The position numbers and the translations under genes are program-made. A stretch of DNA of 64,000 nucleotides from contig CM097884.1 in the NCBI GenBank assembly GCA_044892505.1, forward strand, positions 47,864,001 through 47,928,000. The letters run 5' to 3'. Source of the DNA: Schmidtea nova. Taxonomy: Eukaryota. The stretch's first letter is position 1; every line of letters starts with the position of its first letter. Of this stretch, positions 1 to 10,444 are shown in pieces. Below the pieces are notes generated by a model. The model worked only from the letters and a program-made list of their open reading frames with translations. It searched no databases and was not told where the DNA came from.

Positions 1-101
1 TACTAAAATACTTTTACTAATTTACAAAAAGTCAATTTAAAATTACTACTAAGATTGTTATAAAAGTTAATTAAATAATTAATAAGTTTTTTATTAAAAT
101 A

Positions 102-512
102 GTTGGATTAATAATTTTCTGAAAAATGTAAATAAATTTGACAAATTATACTTTAATTATTAAACTAACTAAAATATTACATAAATAATTTAGATTATTC
201 TTAATTTAATTACTTTAAAATATTATAAAAATACTTACATAACCAAATTTGACTTCTGTTTCTCCACATACTAAACATTTCATCATACCTAAATTATCTA
301 AATTAATTTGTTGGATTAATTATTTTCTTAAAAATGTAAAATAATTAGACAAATTATACTTTAATTATTAAATTAACTAAAATATTACATAAATAATTTA
401 GGTTATTCTTAAATTAATTACTTTAAAATATTATAAAAATACTTACATAACCAAATTTGACTTCTGTTTCTCCATATACTAAACATTTCATCATATCTAA
501 ATTATCTAAATT
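102..512. repeat. Tandem duplication of a ~208-bp AT-rich unit (102-309, 310-512)
   Basis: GTTGGATTAA starts at 102 and 310; both units continue nearly identically through ACATAACCAAATTTGACTTCTGTTTCTCCA and AAACATTTCATCAT. Confidence 0.85.
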
Positions 513-1028
513 AAAAATACAATTATAATTTAAAAATAAACTTACATTTATCCAACTTCATTTAAAACTAAACATCTTAATAAAAAATAAATTAGTTATT
601 AAAAATTAAAAGATTTCTTACTATTAATTTACTTATTAATTGACTTACTTGATTAATTTATTTTTAAAAAGTGTTTACTTAAAATTTGGATAAAACTAAA
701 TTAATCTTACAAATTAATTTAAACTATAATATAACTTTGAAAATTTTATTTAATCTATAATTTGTAATATAAATTTGAAAATTTTTATTTATTACTTTGC
801 GATTTAACTTATATTAAGATTTTATTTTAGAGTTTGTAATAAATTTTATTTTAACTTTAGATTTAACTTTAGATTTAATTTTCAATTTAGTTTATTTGTC
901 TAATTTTGATGAAAAATAGGAGTCTTTCGTCGAAATTTTAATAAAAGTGGTTCTTGAATGACTAATTAATATCAGTTAAACATGTCGGAGTATGTAAATC
1001 TTGCGTCCAAATGGCTATATCTATGTGC

Positions 1029-1422
1029 TTTATCAAACATTGGGATTTGGGAACCCCGTGTATCAAAGCTGATGGCAGCATCTTATTACATGGACGTCGA
1101 TGAGTCAAAGATGATATTGACATATTATAGTAAATACTTGTTGAATTTTAATGGATGGGATCGTAATTGTACTGTAGTTAATATTTTATATACAAATTAA
1201 TATACACGTGTGATTTATCAAACATAGGGATTAATTTCATCTGATTTGGGAAACATGGAATGCGATGAGTGAAAATGGATAGGCGAATAACGCTATTTTG
1301 GTATGTGATAGGCGAATTGCGTTATCTTATTACATGGGCTACGATGGGTCAAAACTGTTAGAATAAACACTGAGAAGAGCACATATATAGTATAAAGTTT
1401 TAATGGATGGATTCGTAACTGT
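1029..1422. repeat. Degenerate tandem duplication (~140-200 bp units)
   Basis: Shared anchors TTTATCAAACAT (1029, 1214) and TTTAATGGATGG (1147, 1399) with diverged sequence between. Confidence 0.55.
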
Positions 1423-1877
1423 CAGGTAATTTATTAGGTAATTTATGTGTAAATAAGAGGGATTTCTTAGTGAAAACATACCTGTTTAGGGTTTTTGTGC
1501 TTATTTTTTAGTAAACATTTTGTCGTTTTTTAGTGGTATTATGCAACAGTTGACGAGGTTTACACAATCAATTAGACAAATACTTTGATTCAATCATGAA
1601 TACGAATTGTAACAGTTTACATATTTTTCTGAAATATTTCAGATAATTATAATGCAAGTTTACAGTAAAGAAGGATGCATGATGGGTGTATACGATAAAT
1701 GATTGTGACCTGTATAAGACATGTGTGAATTATTCATGATATATCTTTGTTGAAGACTATGCTTATGTGAGTCACTTCATGTTTGTTGTACACGTATTGC
1801 ATACAAATTGTTTTACAAATATCCCGAAATTTTAAAAAATTAACACTGAAATATTTTTAATAAAATCTTTGATAAAA

Positions 1878-1975
1878 AGACAAATTGACTGATTTATTAA
1901 TAATTCACAATACATGTGAAATTATATTTTCCCAACTCCTTCCTCAAAATGATAAGTCGTCAACAGATCAATGCA
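1878..1975. repeat. Dispersed repeat, inverted copy of ~5200-5298
   Basis: CAACTCCTTCCTCAAAATGATAA here is the reverse complement of TTATCATTTTGAGGAAGGAGTTG at ~5217-5240; similarity extends ~100 bp. Confidence 0.7.
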
Positions 1976-2337
1976 ACTTTTTCATCGTTATGTACATGAG
2001 TTCGATCCCAGTTGACATCCACATTCGTAATGATATAATTTCTGGAGCCCAATATATATAATCTTTTAATTGATAAAGCTCTTGGATATTAAAATTTTCA
2101 TCAGATTTTCTAAAAATAAAATTTAAAAAGAAAATAAATAAAATTTATCATTTGATGTTAAATTTGACATTAAATGAATAACAAATGAAATTTATTTATA
2201 CATATTTAATTACTAGATATAATTTAATAAAATATTGAATAAATATGCTCAAAACAATACAGATGGGTTTTTAGTCACAGTATTTAATCACAGTTTTAAA
2301 TACAGTATGAAGCCTTGGCAGATAAAAACCATCACAA

Positions 2338-2415
2338 AAAAGGTTCTGCTAATAATAGTTCTACTAATAAAAGTTCTGCTAATAAATGTTCTGCTAATAA
2401 AGGTTTTGCTAGAAA
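2338..2415. repeat. 15-bp minisatellite (AAAGGTTCTGCTAAT-like, ~5 units)
   Basis: Units seen directly. Confidence 0.7.
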
Positions 2416-2585
2416 GGTTCATTATTCAATTTTAACATATGCGAAACTTTAAAAATGAGCTCAATGAAAATTAATTTTATGAATGAAGAACCAAATGACA
2501 AAGAAAATGGTATATTTTTATTCTCTATTATTATATTAATTTAGTAAATACTAGTTAGAATATTTAAATCTCTTTGAATTAATAG

Positions 2586-2755
2586 ATGAAAAAACAGAAT
2601 AAAATTGGTAAAATATTTTTAATTATTGATTTATTTATGTATTAATTTAGACGATGCAAAAATGAATGAGCAAATGTACGTTCAAACTATGCCTCTTAGT
2701 AATGAAAATATTATGAATGATGGATTTAGACCTGATGTGGTGCTGAATGCTCAAT
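2586..2755 (+). pseudogene. Possible exons of an interrupted host gene
   Basis: 43-nt GT-AG intron 2608-2650, then an open phase-1 exon (DDAKMNEQMYVQTMPLSNENIMNDGFRPDVVLNAQ) ending at GTAAGT. No recognisable domain. Confidence 0.3.
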
Positions 2756-3053
2756 GTAAGTATTGATTAAATTTAATTAATTTGCTTACATTTTGATAAT
2801 TAATTAATTAATTATAAAATTTCTGTAAATAATTTGTAATAATTTAAATAATTTTTACTTTGCGCAAAAAATTAATTTAAACAAATTTCCTTAATATTTC
2901 TTTAATATTTTAAATTTGATTTATATTTTCTAATAATTGATAACATGCCACACACCGGGTCGTCTTTGGAAACACGAGCAATAGTGTCAGTTAACATCTT
3001 TTGCGCAATATGCCCATTTTTCTCCACTATTATGACGTTTTATGAAACCGCAC

Positions 3054-4260
3054 TCAACTCGCAACCAATTTGCTACTGGAATAGTGACCACAAATTGAAA
3101 ATAATTGACGTCTCGACATTTCCTGCCCACTCTTCAAGACAGGAAGCTCACTACCTCTTGTCCAAATCCGATCCATGTTACGCATTGTTATTTGTAATCC
3201 TAAAACTCTTGCATCATCGAACTTCTCTGGATCTTTCACTTCTAACCCATATTTCTGCAAATGATTTATAACATCCGAGACGCAAACTAATGACTGGTCT
3301 ACTATTATGTCGTCTATATAACTATCTGTCGCTTCAGCAATGTCACTTCGTAAACTCGACACCTTTTTTTTAAACACTAGACATAATCTTTGGGGCTACA
3401 TTCAACCCGAATCCCAGTCTAGTCAAATAGTAAAACTTATCGTCATAGCATACCTTTTGATACTTCCAACATTCTTCATCGAAATGCAACTGTAAGTAAG
3501 CATTCTTTAATTCGAGCATAATAACATCTCTACCTATTTTTCGCCATTGTCTCAATGATTCTCCACACACGTCACTTTGCCCAGTGTGACTCTTGACGAA
3601 CTTATTCAATTCTCGGAAATCAATAACAGATCGAACTTTATTCTTGTTCGGCTGATCCACTGCCATTAATGGAATCGTACCACCGACGCTTGATTCGGCC
3701 GGTACAAGCCATCCTCCCTCTATCCAACGCCTCATCTCTGCATCAAACGGTGCTTGAATATCGTTTGCCATCTTATAACAAGCAATCTTGTTCCACAATA
3801 TCGATGGTCCAGACTTCCATTTCCATTTGACGACCCATTTCTTGTCGAATCTAGCTTCGAAATTTTCGTCTATAATATTGATGAAGCTCGGAGAAGAACT
3901 TGCTCCAGTGACACACTTATCACTCAGCACACATACCTTCTCTTTCGAAAAAACGACTCCATCTGTACTAATCAGGAGACCCCCTAATCTTCCAAAAATA
4001 TCCATGCCCAGGATCATATCAATATCGTAGGGTAATTTTTCGAGAACCAGACAATTTACTCGTAAATCTATACCTCTAATCACCAAGTTTACCAATATAT
4101 CACAATAACACGACACAGAGGTTTCATTTGCTATCATCACCTCGTCCGTTCTTCTCAACTGTTTGCTTACCACGAAGCCAAAACAACAGATCTTGAGCAT
4201 CCGGAATCAATCAAAGCATTTACTTCTCTCCCATCCAGGTTAATTGTGATTATTTGCAAC
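3054..4260 (-). pseudogene. pol: Gypsy protease plus reverse transcriptase fragment
   Basis: DSG protease triad, ILGMD motif, RT blocks in ORF 3370-4200 and SYIDDII in ORF 3054-3377 after a frameshift. Confidence 0.88.
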
Positions 4261-4264
4261 GCCA

Positions 4265-4948
4265 TTACTGGTTCAATGGAGTATACACCGGCGTTAGTGT
4301 TACCCCGTTGTCGTTTTTTGAATTCTTATTTGAACATTCTCTAGATATGTGATCGGTGCCGTTACAAGACCAACACCTTGTACCAAACTTCTTAAAACAA
4401 CGTTCAGCTACGTGATCAATCTTATCGCAATGAGTACAACGTTTTACTTTGTTATATACAACGTTGACACATTCAATGTCTTGAGCTCTCGTATTCATCA
4501 TTGCCCGTGTTATCTGAACAATATCCTCCATTGGCATAATATCAATCTTTGGAGTAGCCTGCAAAAATCTGGACACGTCGTTAGGTAGTCCTACGACGTT
4601 CCTAACGGAATTCTCATTCACTCTTGCAAGTTTTGCATGAAATCTTAGATCGGCCAAAAATACATCCACTGATCCTCCAGTCCATCTACAATTTCTCATT
4701 TTTTCGTATTATAAAAACATACTTGGAGAAAAAGCTTTTTCCAATGCATCCTCGATTGCTTCAAAACTAGCCTTGTCCTTTTCTGATAAATGTTCGTAGA
4801 CGGCATATGCATCACCTTTCAAAAGAATAGGCATAAAAACTTCTATAGTTTCTATCTTCAACATCTTTACAATTGACTTGAGTCGAGCAAACCAGCTTGC
4901 AACATTGCCGGTTCCATCAAATTTTTCCAGATATTTCAAAACTTCCAT
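4265..4948 (-). pseudogene. gag: Gypsy gag, frameshifted near 4700
   Basis: ORFs 4709-4948 and 4265-4699 join into a capsid-like region plus knuckles CTHCDKIDHVAERC and CWSCNGTDHISREC. Confidence 0.85.
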
Positions 4949-5946
4949 TGATGGCCGGATAGCTTGTAGTAAAAATAATTAACAAATTTTGGAATATTTA
5001 TTATATAAAATCAACTGCTTCTAAAATTTTAAAATCTATTTCAATTACAATCTATATTAAAACAACTGAAATTAAATTAAACAATAATTAAATATAATAA
5101 TAACAATAATAATAATTAAATTAAGCACAATAGCAGAACATTTGGTAACACAACCTATTTGTGATGGTTTTTGAGCTCAAAAGTTTATTAAACCAATGTA
5201 TTGATCGATATAAGATTTATCATTTTGAGGAAGGAGTTGAGAAAATATCATTTCACATGTAATGTGGATAATTAATAAATCAGTCAGCAAATTGGTTATG
5301 TAATAATTACGTAATATATAATTCCAGCATTATATAAAAGTATTATAAAATAATAAGCATTCATAACATATATTGTATTACGTAATGATTATATTAAATA
5401 TAGAGTATTGCATAATAATCACGTACATTATGAAGTATTACACAATACATAAAGTATTATGTAATTTGGGATATTGGTAGGGCGCTATAAAATTATTACG
5501 GATACACATATACAGTTTAGGGGTAAATGGCTTGTGCTAGACCACTTACTATCATGAAAAATTATAATTTAAGGACAATTTAAGGTCAAATAAAGTAGGT
5601 CATGTATGAAAATATTTAATTTAAAGACAAATTAAGTAGGTCATATAATAATAATAATAATTAACAACAAACGCATAAAATAAAATAAAAGAATATTATA
5701 TTTTTAAGATTAATTTATTTAAATTTAAAAATTTTTTATCGATATAAATTTTTTGACTATAATAGAATTTAAAATATATATTTTATTTTAAAAATTAATA
5801 CTAATTTGTTCGAAAAAATCGATTTATTTGATTTATATTTGAATGTGAGATTGGGTAGCACCTGATGAAGAGAATTAAGTTCTCGAAATATATTGTGCAA
5901 AATATATATTTGGATTGGCGTTTGTTGTTAATTATTTTAGTGTCAT

Positions 5947-6356
5947 NNNNNNNNNNNNNNNNNNNNNNNNNNNNNNNNNNNNNNNNNNNNNNNNNNNNNN
6001 NNNNNNNNNNNNNNNNNNNNNNNNNNNNNNNNNNNNNNNNNNNNNNNNNNNNNNNNNNNNNNNNNNNNNNNNNNNNNNNNNNNNNNNNNNNNNNNNNNNN
6101 NNNNNNNNNNNNNNNNNNNNNNNNNNNNNNNNNNNNNNNNNNNNNNNNNNNNNNNNNNNNNNNNNNNNNNNNNNNNNNNNNNNNNNNNNNNNNNNNNNNN
6201 NNNNNNNNNNNNNNNNNNNNNNNNNNNNNNNNNNNNNNNNNNNNNNNNNNNNNNNNNNNNNNNNNNNNNNNNNNNNNNNNNNNNNNNNNNNNNNNNNNNN
6301 NNNNNNNNNNNNNNNNNNNNNNNNNNNNNNNNNNNNNNNNNNNNNNNNNNNNNNNN
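5947..6356. other. Assembly gap (Ns)
   Basis: Run of N. Confidence 1.
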
Positions 6357-6564
6357 TCTCAAAGGTCAAAATCCTTAATAAATATTTCACTTATATTATA
6401 ACAAAGAAAACGCATTTTATAGAAATTAACATCTTTTATTAAAAATAATCTAAAATTCGTCTGATTGCAGCTCATTTGGATCTGGATCTGGAAAATCATC
6501 AGGATCATCATCATCTGGATTATCATCTAGTTCATCAATAATGACATTGATTCCTAAATAATGT

Positions 6565-7085
6565 CCGAAAGCGAAACTTTTATTTTTCCCCACCCATTGA
6601 CGTTTCTCATCATTGTTACTTAATGATGTTTTATAATTTTTAAAAGTAAACAACTGATGATTTTTAGTTCTTTTCCGTGTTTGAGGTACATTAAAAACGC
6701 GATTATTTTTATAACAATAAATATAAGATATATGTTTTGTTTCAGTTCCAGGCAATGAAATCCCTTAGGATTTATTACTTTCCTCGTCACCTAAAAGACT
6801 ATAGCATTTTGGACGCAAGAAAACCCATTCCCTATATCCAAGACCCTTACTTTCATTTTTAAACTTATCTATCACAAAGTCAAAGTTTCTTGAATATAGG
6901 GGATAGTTAGGATCGTAGTTTGAAGTATCCAGAAGACAATCAGATATCATAGCTGTTAAAAGATTACTTAATTTACAATTTTTAATTTCAAGAAAGAAAG
7001 AGTCAGTGTTGCCAGCAACAATGTCAATCTTACAATTAAAAAGTTCACTATATTTTTGTAATTCTAGATATTGAAGTTGATACAT
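6565..7085 (-). pseudogene. Protein-primed DNA polymerase B, C-terminal fragment
   Basis: AGNTDSFF (YxDTDS motif), LLDTSNYDPNYPLYS, KFKNE, FLRPKCYSL, then SLSNNDEKR...AFGHY, typical of Polinton pPolB; frameshift near 6760. Confidence 0.88.
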
Positions 7086-7162
7086 CCGTGGTTAAGATAG
7101 ATCTAGAACCGTTTGACCGATATAACTATGTCTTTCTAAACAAATCAAATCTTTATTCAATT

Positions 7163-7460
7163 TTATTCATCTTTATTGCAATGTTGATCTAGTTGATGTT
7201 TCGCAATTTCATAACTTTTATTAAAATTATTGATTATAAATAGACGACTGCATGTTCTATTTTCAATTCTTTTGTAATCAATCTTACATTGACTATAAAA
7301 TGGAAATGTGTTGTACACAAATGTAAAATATTGTAATGCAACTTCCCAATTACCATCTAAATAAATTAGATTTTGAAGATTGACCATGAATTTATTGGCT
7401 TGATTATCTGGATGTATTAGTGGACAGCTATTACTTGGTAATATAGTATAAAAATTCACT
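7163..7460 (-). pseudogene. Polinton minor capsid (penton-like) protein, N-terminal fragment
   Basis: FYTILPSNSCPLIHPDNQANKF...IYLDGNWEVAL matches the FYxxLPSN...WEVxL start of Polinton minor capsid proteins; paralogous to 28980 and 30691. Confidence 0.8.
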
Positions 7461-8435
7461 TTACTAAATCTTTTGATGATATCCATGATGAGTTTTGATA
7501 TCCATGCCACTTTACATAGTATTGTTTATCCTTACCCACCGTTTTAGTTTTTAGTATTTTCTGAATTCTAAATACAGTTGGTGGCGGAATAACTTGTAGT
7601 TCTTGCTCATAAAATTTCCCACTGACTTCATTATTGTCAGAGTCAGAAATAACATACATTACAGGATATTGACTAGTATTAATTTTCGATATTTGAAATA
7701 ACTTATCACTCCAATTACTAACAAAATTCTTTATGAATGGCGAAGCACTAATTTTACTAATTTGAACATGATCAATAATTTTATATTTCGGTTTCTTTAA
7801 TGTTTTTACTTGACGAGAAATCTTTCCAGTATTTTCTGATGAAACATCAACAGGTCTCAATCCATTTATACCTAGATGTGGAGAATGATAATAACTATGA
7901 ATTATTTTCGGCAATACATTGACCCATGTTTTATTACCCTGGTATACAAAATACTTTTTGAGATGATCTCGTAATGTTCGATTAAATCGTTTAGCATGAG
8001 GTGTTTTGAATTGAGTGAATACAGAGTAATAATTAATCCCGGCCAAAACTTCTTTAACTTTATTATTGTAAAATTCTTTACCTAAATTTATAATTAAAAA
8101 TGTATATAATATTTTATATTCTTACCCAAATCAGTTTGTAAATTCTTGGGATGTCCATCTGCAAATAATGTTTTGATTGCTATTGCCATTTTTATTTTAT
8201 TGCCATTTCATGAGCTGACTTTTTTTGATTGGAACAGTACGTGAAAATCTACTGAAGACATCGATACATGTCAAAATATATTTATATCCCTGGTTAGTTT
8301 TTGAATATGGAATCATTTCCATCAAATTCATTTGCCAAAAATCATTAATACCATATGTTTTAGATTCTCTTGTTGGAAATCTTTTCAACATTGATTTGTT
8401 TAGACTGTATGCTAGTTGACCTGATAACCACTTTT
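7456..8435 (-). pseudogene. Polinton retroviral-type integrase with chromodomain, split by a 44-nt intron (8082-8125)
   Basis: WQMNLMEM, YILTCIDVFSRF, LQTDLG^KEFYN, FNRTL, GKFYEQELQ, QYYVKWHGY. Frameshift near 8210; N-terminus truncated. Confidence 0.92.
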
Positions 8436-8886
8436 AATAATTATTTTTGTCACCAGTTTTTATTAAAGAAATAATTTGTACAAATACGATACTAATGCAA
8501 TACTAATGCAATGTGAATGCATGAAAATTACAGAAATGAGTCATGCATGTACACATATAAGTCACAGAGGTTATTTGCAACACACACACACTTATATGTA
8601 GGTAATGAATCATGACGCACACCAATATGCAGTACAGATGCATGAATTTGATTGGTTACATCGACATTTTTAACCTTATAAATACGAAGGCGAAACAAGA
8701 CAATTTCATAATTTCTTTTAAAATGCAATCAAATAAATCAGTTTTTGGAACATTATCGAATGTATTAAAAGAAACTAGCCCTATTAAGACTGAAAAAAAC
8801 AATTATATCAATAAAGCCATCTCAACTGAAAAAAAGATTCTTCTGTCATAGCCAATAAAATCAAGAATGACGTTAAGCCAGTTCAA

Positions 8887-9186
8887 ATGTACCACGACTT
8901 TAAAATATATTTCTTGGTAGACGAAATACCATTTAGATTCTCTTATCCGGTCAAGCTATCAAAATCATTATATACAAACCTAATCGGTCATCTGAATAAA
9001 GAAGATGTTATTGTAGTAAATAAAGTTTTATCGAAAATCAATAAAAATTTATTCTGCAAAGAAACTATATTTATTAACAATCGAAACACTCGTTTTCATG
9101 ACGCGTTCCAATCAATTGATTTCAGGGATAATGAACAATGGTTTATAAATATTACAATTCAAGGTTACAATTCAAAGTTTACTTGA
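8887..9186 (+). CDS. Hypothetical protein inside Polinton copy 1 (with 8612-8851, possibly one disrupted accessory gene)
   Basis: 99-aa open frame between the integrase and the terminal repeat; no recognisable motif. Confidence 0.3.
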   Translation: MYHDFKIYFLVDEIPFRFSYPVKLSKSLYTNLIGHLNKEDVIVVNKVLSKINKNLFCKETIFINNRNTRFHDAFQSIDFRDNEQWFINITIQGYNSKFT

Positions 9187-9275
9187 GATTTTTAACTTGT
9201 GTATTTTTAATAAATGTTTAGAATTATTCGGTGTTTTTATTTAGTACTATTTTGACCTGTGAGAGTTTTTAAGAT

Positions 9276-9291
9276 TATTATAATTATTATA

Positions 9292-9360
<69 letters not shown>
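9276..9360. repeat. (ATT)n microsatellite at the inner edge of the Polinton terminal repeat
   Basis: Seen directly; mirrored by (TAA)n at ~5645-5661. Confidence 0.95.
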
Positions 9361-9361
<1 letters not shown>

Positions 9362-10310
9362 GACCTAGTTAATTTAACTTTAAATATTTTTTTTGCATAT
9401 GACCTACTTAATTTGTCTTTAAATTAAATTTTTTCATATATGACCTACTTTATTTGATTTTAATTATATAATTTTTCATATATAAAGTACCTAATTTGTC
9501 TTTTAATATTTAATTTTTCATATATGACCTACTTAATTTTGCAGTAAATAAAAATATTTTCATATAAAAAGTACTTACTTTGTCTTTAAATATTTAATTT
9601 TTCATATATGACCTACTTTATTTAAACTAAATATTTTCATATGACCTACTTTTTTTACCTTAAATAAAATATGTTCATTTATGATCTATTTATTTGACCT
9701 TAAATTGTCCTTAAATTATTTTAAATTAAATAATTATTTTTTCATAATAAAGTACTAAATTTGACTTTAATAATATCTAATTTTTCATATACAAAGTACC
9801 TGATTTGACTTTAAATAAAAATATTTTTATATATAAAGTACTTAATTTTGCCTTAAATAAAAATATTTTCATAAATGACCTACTTAATTTGATAATAAAT
9901 ATTTAATTTCTCATATATGACTTACTTTATTTGGCATTAAATTGTCTTTAAATTATAATATTTTAATTTTTCATATATGACCTACTTATTTTAAATTAAA
10001 TAATAATATTTGCATATATGACCTACTTAATTTTACTTTAAATATTTAATTTTCATATATAAAGTATCTAATCTGACTTTAAATAAAATATTTAAATATA
10101 TGACCTACTTTATTTGACCTTAAATTCACCTTTAAAAATGACCCTAAAATCTCCTTAAATCGACCTTGACCTACTTTTTTACCTTAAAGTGTCCTAAAAC
10201 CATAAATTTGACCTTAAATTCACCTAAAAGTGTCCTCTAACGAAAGTTTTGACCTTTAATTCACCTTAAGCGAAAAATTTGACCTTAAAATGACCTTAAT
10301 TTGATCTACA
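9355..10310. repeat. Subterminal tandem array (~35-45 bp units, core ATATGACCTACTT) of the Polinton TIR
   Basis: Many imperfect units; an inverted partial copy at 5560-5665. Confidence 0.8.
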
Positions 10311-10444
10311 TAAAAAATAAAATTTTCTAGGGGGGCCTTGACCTATATATGACGGGGATACATCCTACTACTACTTAATCATCATTATTAATATTGTATG
10401 ATCATTGTCGTGATGATTATTACTACTAATTTTTAGTATTATTT

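Larger units (their letters stand above)
2945..4948 (-). mobile_element. Truncated Ty3/Gypsy LTR retrotransposon (gag-protease-partial RT), no LTRs visible
   Basis: Gag N-terminus (KFDGTGNVASWF, LLKGDAYAVY), two CCHC-type knuckles, protease ALIDSGCS at ~4195-4222, RT motifs VRSVIDFRELNK, LELKNAYLQL, LTRLGFGLNVAP and YIDD; several frameshifts; ends before RNase H. Confidence 0.92.
5560..10375 (-). mobile_element. Internally deleted Polinton/Maverick element (copy 1)
   Basis: Contains rve integrase with chromodomain, a penton-like N-terminus and a pPolB C-terminus. Bounded by inverted ATGACCTACTT arrays (5560-5665 vs 9355-10310). A CTACTACTACT terminus at 10365-10375 reads 5'-AGTAGTAGTAG on the minus strand. 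Confidence 0.85.

Noticed and set aside
5865-6442. ORFs spanning N runs (also 17982-18417 and 42980-43267)
   Set aside because: Artefacts of translating gaps.
9355-10310. CRISPR-like appearance of the ATGACCTACTT array (and of 17223-17331)
   Set aside because: No unique spacers, degenerate units, eukaryotic transposon context.
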